The notes beneath the pieces were generated by a model. That model worked only from the letters and a program-made list of their open reading frames with translations, made no database searches and had not been told where the DNA came from. A stretch of 64,000 nucleotides of DNA from an uncultured Candidatus Saccharibacteria bacterium (GTDB lineage: Bacteria; Patescibacteriota; CAZHWT01): positions 178,080 through 242,079 of the forward strand of contig CAZKPX010000002.1 of assembly GCA_964554805.1 (NCBI GenBank), read 5' to 3'. This document shows, one piece after another, positions 59,149 to 64,000 of this stretch (the first letter of the stretch is position 1; every line of letters starts with the position of its first letter). Position numbers and translations under genes: made by a program.

Positions 59149-59718
59149 GCAATACTATCTCCTAGAAACGGATTGTATCACAGCTTGAACTATGTGCACA
59201 GTTACTTACTATATTCTCATCGCGACTTTTTATCATTTCATGAGAAACTCCCACCTACTAGAGATAGGTGGGAGCGGTGTTGACTTAGAGCCAGGGGTTT
59301 ATATTTGTATCACAGTAACTGCAGTGATGTGCACCTGGGCGAGCAGCCGAATGGTGGCAGCCGTCTGTCTTACATTTTTGAGGCGAAGAAAGTATGACTA
59401 TGTCAGTTATCTTAGCTAATGAATTGTGTCTCAATTCTTTCCAGCAACTGTCTTGACTATCAAACCATCTATGAAGGACGACAATGCTTTGATTACAAAC
59501 GAGATTAGGTGTTTTTGCCACAGGCAAAACCTTTCACGAATGGCACTAGCCACAAAAATACACTACCAGACTTATCTCTAGCATCTGATCGAATGAGTAT
59601 ATCATACTGTATCAACTTTAGATTACTAATTAACCGCCATTGTCTTAATCGGTTTTGTTGGTTGTGACATATTAAAGGACAACTTTACTGACTGTGTATT
59701 ACTTGCTACACTCAATTA

Positions 59719-60513
59719 ATGTCATTTGAAGCAAGGTTTGCGCCTGAATCTGATAGCTACAATGAAATAACTACTCCATCGCCGAAAGAGCGCGACTTGC
59801 TCGAGCGCGAGCGCAGCTATGGTTCCCACTATCAAGGTGGTGTAAACGAGGTTATTTATGTTGATCTCATTGATGATGGTTGTGCTATGTTTAAGCCTGC
59901 CGATGGAGAAAACCAAACGAAAGTATTTCCTGAATTAAAAGCTGGCACTTACTATAAACGTGAGCGAGCAGCATATTTGGTTGATAGATTTCTTGACCTT
60001 GGCTTAGTTCCGCCAACAGTCATAAGAGAGATGGATGGTAGCGTGGGTAGCATGCAGGAGTTCATACCAGACGCCCAAACTCCAAGAAGTATGGATGCAG
60101 ATGAGTGGCAATCTCTTGATTTCGAAAGCGACGCATTCCAAAAGATGTGGCTACTGGACTATATCATTCATAATGCCGACCGCAATATGGGTAACTATCT
60201 GATCAAAGATGGCGGAGAAACCGTCAAGGCTATTGATCATGGTTTTTGCTTTGCAAATTATCCTCTATTTACCATATTTGATTTTTCTGGATATAAGTTA
60301 AACGATAGTCTGCTCGATAATTTTCGCTCTTTGGCCAATGATACTATTCGTCGGGAAATCTTGGTTGATTTATTAAAAGAGCTGCTGAGCGAAGAAGAAG
60401 TTTCTGCCTGTTTGGCTAGATTGGATCACTTATGCGAGATGGCTGAGGCTGGCAATGTTGATGGTTCTGAGTTTAACTACTATGGTAATGCAAGACAGGA
60501 GGCAGCCGAATGA
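59719..60513 (+). CDS. PI3/PI4-kinase family protein, type II phosphatidylinositol 4-kinase-like (eukaryote-type atypical kinase)
   Basis: From memory of PI4KIIalpha, ordered blocks align: GGVNEVIYV...AMFKP (cf. GGSSGSYFV...AVFKP), ERAAYLVDRFLDLGLVPPT (cf. EAGASLVDQKLELNIVPRT), the catalytic loop LLDYIIHNADRNMGNYLIKD (cf. [20 protein letters not shown]), and the DFG-equivalent AIDHGFCF (cf. AIDNGLAFP). The extended -10 TGCTACACT ends 6 nt before the ATG. Confidence 0.65.
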   Translation: MSFEARFAPESDSYNEITTPSPKERDLLERERSYGSHYQGGVNEVIYVDLIDDGCAMFKPADGENQTKVFPELKAGTYYKRERAAYLVDRFLDLGLVPPTVIREMDGSVGSMQEFIPDAQTPRSMDADEWQSLDFESDAFQKMWLLDYIIHNADRNMGNYLIKDGGETVKAIDHGFCFANYPLFTIFDFSGYKLNDSLLDNFRSLANDTIRREILVDLLKELLSEEEVSACLARLDHLCEMAEAGNVDGSEFNYYGNARQEAAE

Positions 60514-60764
60514 GAGCGATCATTTATAAAACTACCAATGACGGACAGCAAGAAGTGTTGGTTCAGGTGAGTTTGTCGACTGATGGAAAAGTCCTTATAG
60601 ATGGTGATGAGATCATGGCTCGAAATTTGGAGAATGAAGGAGTCCGCAACTATGAAGATGTGACCCAGCCAATTGTCTACCCTATCGATGGGGAAATATT
60701 CTTAAGACAACTGCCATTTAATTTCCGCAGCGGCTATTTGATGGCTGAGCTTTTAGAAGATTAA
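60510..60764 (+). CDS. Hypothetical 84-aa protein translationally coupled to the kinase-like gene
   Basis: ATGA start/stop overlap with the upstream gene. No recognised motif. Confidence 0.5.
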   Translation: MRAIIYKTTNDGQQEVLVQVSLSTDGKVLIDGDEIMARNLENEGVRNYEDVTQPIVYPIDGEIFLRQLPFNFRSGYLMAELLED

Positions 60765-60765
60765 G

Positions 60766-60999
60766 CTAATCTTGATTGCTTTTTACCCTAATCAGTTCGA
60801 GCTGCAGTTGAATATAACCGAGCGAGATGACTACTACGCCGGCGATTATTTTGAGAGCGGGCCAGCCGAAGGTTTGATTGGTAAAGAATGATAGTACATA
60901 TTGAATTACGCCGACGGCAAGCAAGACCGCACCGATAAGAATTACCGTGATGGCTACGGCTAAGAAGTTTTTGGATGAGGAGCGGGAGAAAATAGTCAT
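60766..60999 (-). CDS. Hypothetical two-TM small membrane protein (77 aa)
   Basis: Two hydrophobic helices. An AGGAG lies 12 nt upstream. Confidence 0.4.
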   Translation of the reverse strand: MTIFSRSSSKNFLAVAITVILIGAVLLAVGVIQYVLSFFTNQTFGWPALKIIAGVVVISLGYIQLQLELIRVKSNQD

Positions 61000-61103
61000 A
61001 TTAACAGTATGCTCCTGATGCTGAGATAAATATAGCTTGAGGATATGAGAAGGGCCTCAATAATGAGGCCCGGAGATTTTGTTTGGCTGGACTTGGCCAG
61101 CAT

Positions 61104-61574
61104 TTAGTCCATTTGGCGCTGCCGATAGTGTTGATACAGAAAGATGGCCTTCTTGTCAGCGACATTGCCTCTCTGATCTAGGCTCCAAGCCAACTTGGCA
61201 TAACAATCACGTTTGCCTGCCTCGGCACCTTTCGGACCTGTTTTGAGCCATTCCTGATATGCCCGTTTGGCGGCCTTTTTATTGATTTTGAGAAACTTGT
61301 TGTTCTCCCAAAAGGCTTTCCACCATCGGCGCTCATTCCTCCACACTAGCAAGGACATCAACAAGCTGAATATGCATGTCAGCCCTATGAATCCTGGCCA
61401 CAGACTGCGTAAGGTTGGATCGAGCACATACAATTCATACTGCTCCAGCAGTATAAGAACAATGCTGAGCAGGCCTATGCCCCAACATATGCCCAAAGCG
61501 CAGACGTCCCAATACTTTATAGAAGCATCTGGGTAAGGACGATATTCCGGTTCGGTCGCGTATTGCTTAGCCAT
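61104..61574 (-). CDS. Hypothetical membrane protein (156 aa)
   Basis: A strong SD (AAGGAGAAGATC then ATG) is embedded in the 3' end of the upstream gene, suggesting an operon. Two TM helices and a basic C-terminal tail. Confidence 0.5.
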   Translation of the reverse strand: MAKQYATEPEYRPYPDASIKYWDVCALGICWGIGLLSIVLILLEQYELYVLDPTLRSLWPGFIGLTCIFSLLMSLLVWRNERRWWKAFWENNKFLKINKKAAKRAYQEWLKTGPKGAEAGKRDCYAKLAWSLDQRGNVADKKAIFLYQHYRQRQMD

Positions 61575-61590
61575 GATCTTCTCCTTGCGG

Positions 61591-62142
61591 TCACAGCCCG
61601 TCGTATTCTTCTGCGGGTATGCCCAAACGAAATCCGACCGATATGGCGACAGGGCTGGAGTTTAGTCTAGCGCCGTGCTCCTCCCACTGGACAAAGATCT
61701 TTCCCTGATAGATCTTATCGAGGAATAGACCTTCCAAGTCCTTAAGGTCTTCATCTCGCAGACACTCCAGAATCCGAAGGAGGACTTTGGCCAAGGCTTT
61801 CTGAAGCTGTGCTTCAGTGAACCTGTAATCCCGCTGATACTCATCTTCTGGAACGTTAATGCAGGCACCAAAAGACATGCCGGCCACACTTTTGTCCCAG
61901 TTGAGGACCCGCCCAACCACAACTTGTGATTTTTGGGGCTGGAGCACGCCAAGCGCTAAGTAGTACAGATCTTCACGCGTAGCAGAGCTGGAAATGGCCT
62001 GAGATATCTCTTCAATAATCCAGGATAGCTGATCGTTCGAGCCAAGCTGCCACTGCCCAGATGTTCTGGTCTCGTCCACTCGCCTCAGGTTCGGTTCTGC
62101 AGGCGTGCCTGCTAGTCGCCGCCTCTTGGTCTCACCTACCAA
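61591..62142 (-). CDS. Hypothetical protein (183 aa; TTG start with SD)
   Basis: AGAGGAGAG lies 7 nt upstream of the TTG. No recognised domain. Confidence 0.45.
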   Translation of the reverse strand: MVGETKRRRLAGTPAEPNLRRVDETRTSGQWQLGSNDQLSWIIEEISQAISSSATREDLYYLALGVLQPQKSQVVVGRVLNWDKSVAGMSFGACINVPEDEYQRDYRFTEAQLQKALAKVLLRILECLRDEDLKDLEGLFLDKIYQGKIFVQWEEHGARLNSSPVAISVGFRLGIPAEEYDGL

Positions 62143-62305
62143 TGGGTCACTCTCCTCTTTAGTCGATGGGTCGATGGCGGTACTATATCATATCTTTAAT
62201 AATTTATGTTAATTGAAGATGCTACGAAAACACGGCTTGTATTAAATTGTATTAGTGATATAGTAAATCTCTGAGAGAGGTTGTTTGTTTAGGAAGGATG
62301 AGGCA

Positions 62306-62743
62306 ATGAGCAGTCCGAGTCAGTGGCAGTTGGACTATGTATTGCTGCCAAAGGGATCTATAGAAACGCTGATTAGGTTGAAAGTTGCCCAGCGCAAGCA
62401 TGCCTATGCGAAGTTTGTGGGCGCAGTGCCCGAAACTGACATCGATGAGGCTGCCTTGTTAATCACTTGCCTTGAAGACAAGTGGATATCTCAGCTTGAT
62501 GGCGATATGTTTGCCGCTGTGGTTGTTTTCACTCAAGACCAAGCGGACATTGAGTTTGAGACGGAACTGACATATGAGGAGCTGGATTGGGAGCATGAAC
62601 CATGCCAATCCTTCTCTGATCTGTCGCTGCTGGTCGAAGATATCGGTATGGAAGCCATTGCAGAACGGTCGTTGGATAACTGGGGCCATTGGGCCGATCA
62701 GCCTGGACTGTTGCCAGCTGCCATTGAAGAAATAGTAACCTGA
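62306..62743 (+). CDS. Hypothetical acidic protein (146 aa from the ATG at 62306)
   Basis: An AAGGA SD lies 7 nt upstream of the ATG. The ORF-track start at 62285 is a TTG inside the SD region. Confidence 0.5.
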   Translation: MSSPSQWQLDYVLLPKGSIETLIRLKVAQRKHAYAKFVGAVPETDIDEAALLITCLEDKWISQLDGDMFAAVVVFTQDQADIEFETELTYEELDWEHEPCQSFSDLSLLVEDIGMEAIAERSLDNWGHWADQPGLLPAAIEEIVT

Positions 62744-62754
62744 TTTTATCAGTG

Positions 62755-62786
62755 GAGCCGGATGCAGATGCATCCGGCTCTTTTCC
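62755..62786 (+). terminator. Rho-independent terminator
   Basis: Perfect 12-bp stem GAGCCGGATGCA-GA-TGCATCCGGCTC followed by TTTTCC. Confidence 0.7.
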
Positions 62787-62804
62787 ATGATGAGCGCATA
62801 TGTG

Positions 62805-62845
62805 ATTGGATTGGATTGGATTGGATTGGATTGGATTGGATTGGA
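62805..62845. repeat. Pentanucleotide microsatellite (ATTGG)x8
   Basis: Eight perfect tandem ATTGG units immediately 3' of the terminator, in a convergent intergenic region. Confidence 0.9.
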
Positions 62846-62904
62846 TATCACATTTTACGATTGACGTTTGAAGAAGCTGTTTAATAACACTTTAAGCACC
62901 TCTC

Positions 62905-64000
62905 CTAATCAGCACTGCCCAGTTCATCAAATATAGACCTCATGGTTGGGTTGCCACGGGTTAGTTTTTTGACGGTAAGGTCTTCGGCTTTGTTATTGGC
63001 GATGCGGAGATTGTCTTCGGAACGAAGGAGGTTTTCTTTGGTTTTTTGAAGTTGGGCGATAGATTTGTCGATGCTATCGATGGCGTCTTTGAATCTGTCA
63101 GAGGCTAGGCGGTAGTTGCGACCGAATGAATCCCGGAAGTCGTTGAGTTGATCTTCGAAGTTGGTGACGTCGATGTTTTGTTCTTTGACGAGAGCTAATT
63201 CGGCTTTATATTTGAGAGAGTTGAGGGCAGCGTTTCTGAGAATGGTGATCATGGGGATGAAGAATTGAGGGCGGATGACATACATTTTGTCATGCCGATG
63301 CGACATATCAACGATGCCAGTATTGTATAGTTCATTGTCGGATTCGAGCAAGGTCACCAACACCGCATATTCACACTTCTTGAGGGCGCGGTCTTTATCC
63401 AGTTCTTTAAGGAAATCTTCATTGCGCTTTTTGGTAGCAGTTTGGTCGCCTTCATTCTTCATTTCAAACATGATCGAGATCAGTTCGTTACCCTGCTCAT
63501 CAAATTCTTTGAAGACATAGTCGCCCTTACTACCGTCAAGGACTTCGTTGTCTTTCTCGAAGTAAGCTTTGGGAAAAGCGGTGGCGCGGAGTTTGTTGAA
63601 TTCTATCTCGCAATGCTGTTCCAGGGTCTCCCCGACCATCTTGGTCGATAATTTCGCCTTCATGTCTTTGTAATAGGCAATCATCTCGTCTTTGGACTTG
63701 AGTTTTGTTTCAAAATCTTGTTTGAGCGAATTTTCCAAGAGCTGCTTCTCGGTATCCTTGTTGGTCAGCTTGTTAGCCAGGTCATCGCGTTCTTTTTCAA
63801 TCTTATTAACTGCTTCCATGAGCGCCATCTTGCTATTAGCGCCAGAGGCTTCGATGGCAGAATGGAGCTTGGCAATCTCGGCATCTTTTTTTGCCAATTC
63901 CTCTTGCAGCTCTTGCTGCGTTTTGGCTTTGGCTAGTTCGGCAGCATTTTCCTTTTCTTTTTCTAAAAGGGCAATTTTGCTTAACAGTTCTTGCTCTTTA
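62905..64000 (-). CDS. DUF2130-like coiled-coil protein, truncated at the window end (N-terminus beyond 64000)
   Basis: The protein sequence (…[25 protein letters not shown]…GDYVFKE…) resembles the DUF2130 family. The minus-strand frame stays open upstream of the ORF-track TTG start (…[42 protein letters not shown]…) to the window edge. Confidence 0.55.
   Translation of the reverse strand, partial: KEQELLSKIALLEKEKENAAELAKAKTQQELQEELAKKDAEIAKLHSAIEASGANSKMALMEAVNKIEKERDDLANKLTNKDTEKQLLENSLKQDFETKLKSKDEMIAYYKDMKAKLSTKMVGETLEQHCEIEFNKLRATAFPKAYFEKDNEVLDGSKGDYVFKEFDEQGNELISIMFEMKNEGDQTATKKRNEDFLKELDKDRALKKCEYAVLVTLLESDNELYNTGIVDMSHRHDKMYVIRPQFFIPMITILRNAALNSLKYKAELALVKEQNIDVTNFEDQLNDFRDSFGRNYRLASDRFKDAIDSIDKSIAQLQKTKENLLRSEDNLRIANNKAEDLTVKKLTRGNPTMRSIFDELGSAD

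Noticed and set aside
1-64000. tRNA, rRNA, tmRNA, RNase P RNA, CRISPR arrays, transposases, integrases
   Set aside because: I scanned every intergenic region longer than about 80 bp for tRNA T-arm and acceptor signatures (GGTTCGAATCC-like), a tmRNA tag region, the RNase P GGAAAGTCCGGGCTCC core and regularly spaced direct repeats. None was found, and no transposase or integrase-like ORF was seen.

Overview
This 64-kb window is a chromosomal segment (~45% GC) from a compact bacterial genome, most of it tightly packed housekeeping genes. Genes are listed by function.

- **DNA repair and recombination:** sbcB, ruvC-ruvA-ruvB, rarA, xseA-xseB, recQ.
- **Proteostasis:** clpB, lon, oligoendopeptidase F.
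- **Translation:** hisS, trmD, typA, a SpoU methylase.
- **C1 metabolism:** glyA, folD.
- **Central carbon and glycogen:** a ppsA-like PEP synthase and a phospho-sugar mutase. An alpha-glucan/glycogen cluster holds a short-type alpha-glucan phosphorylase, a debranching-type glucosidase and two GT4 glycosyltransferases.
- **Envelope:** class A PBP with a Pro/Thr-rich tail, a LysM-NlpC/P60 hydrolase, two CAP-domain proteins (one fused to CvpA), two DedA proteins, MscS, a CPA antiporter and an MsbA-like ABC exporter.

I found no rRNA, tRNA, CRISPR array or transposase. Many genes look leaderless, with an extended -10 (TGnTAYACT) 5-6 nt upstream of the ATG; others have clear AGGAG-type Shine-Dalgarno sites.

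The right end (about 52.9-64 kb) is accessory-like and rich in hypothetical proteins. It contains a two-gene operon whose first gene is a eukaryote-type (type II PI4-kinase-like) lipid/protein kinase homolog, translationally coupled to an 84-aa unknown protein. It also contains a recQ-linked string of overlapping unknown ORFs and a DUF2130 protein truncated at the window edge.

Several recurrent non-coding structures are present. Three co-oriented intergenic modules each combine a triple heptad direct repeat with a conserved 27-nt box. One lies in front of an apparently gene-less, terminator-bounded segment, which is a candidate sRNA. CIRCE-like dyads sit near clpB and lon, with a third in a convergent intergenic spacer. 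There is an (ATTGG)8 microsatellite, a GC-rich mini-island, and a probable DedA-like pseudogene remnant.
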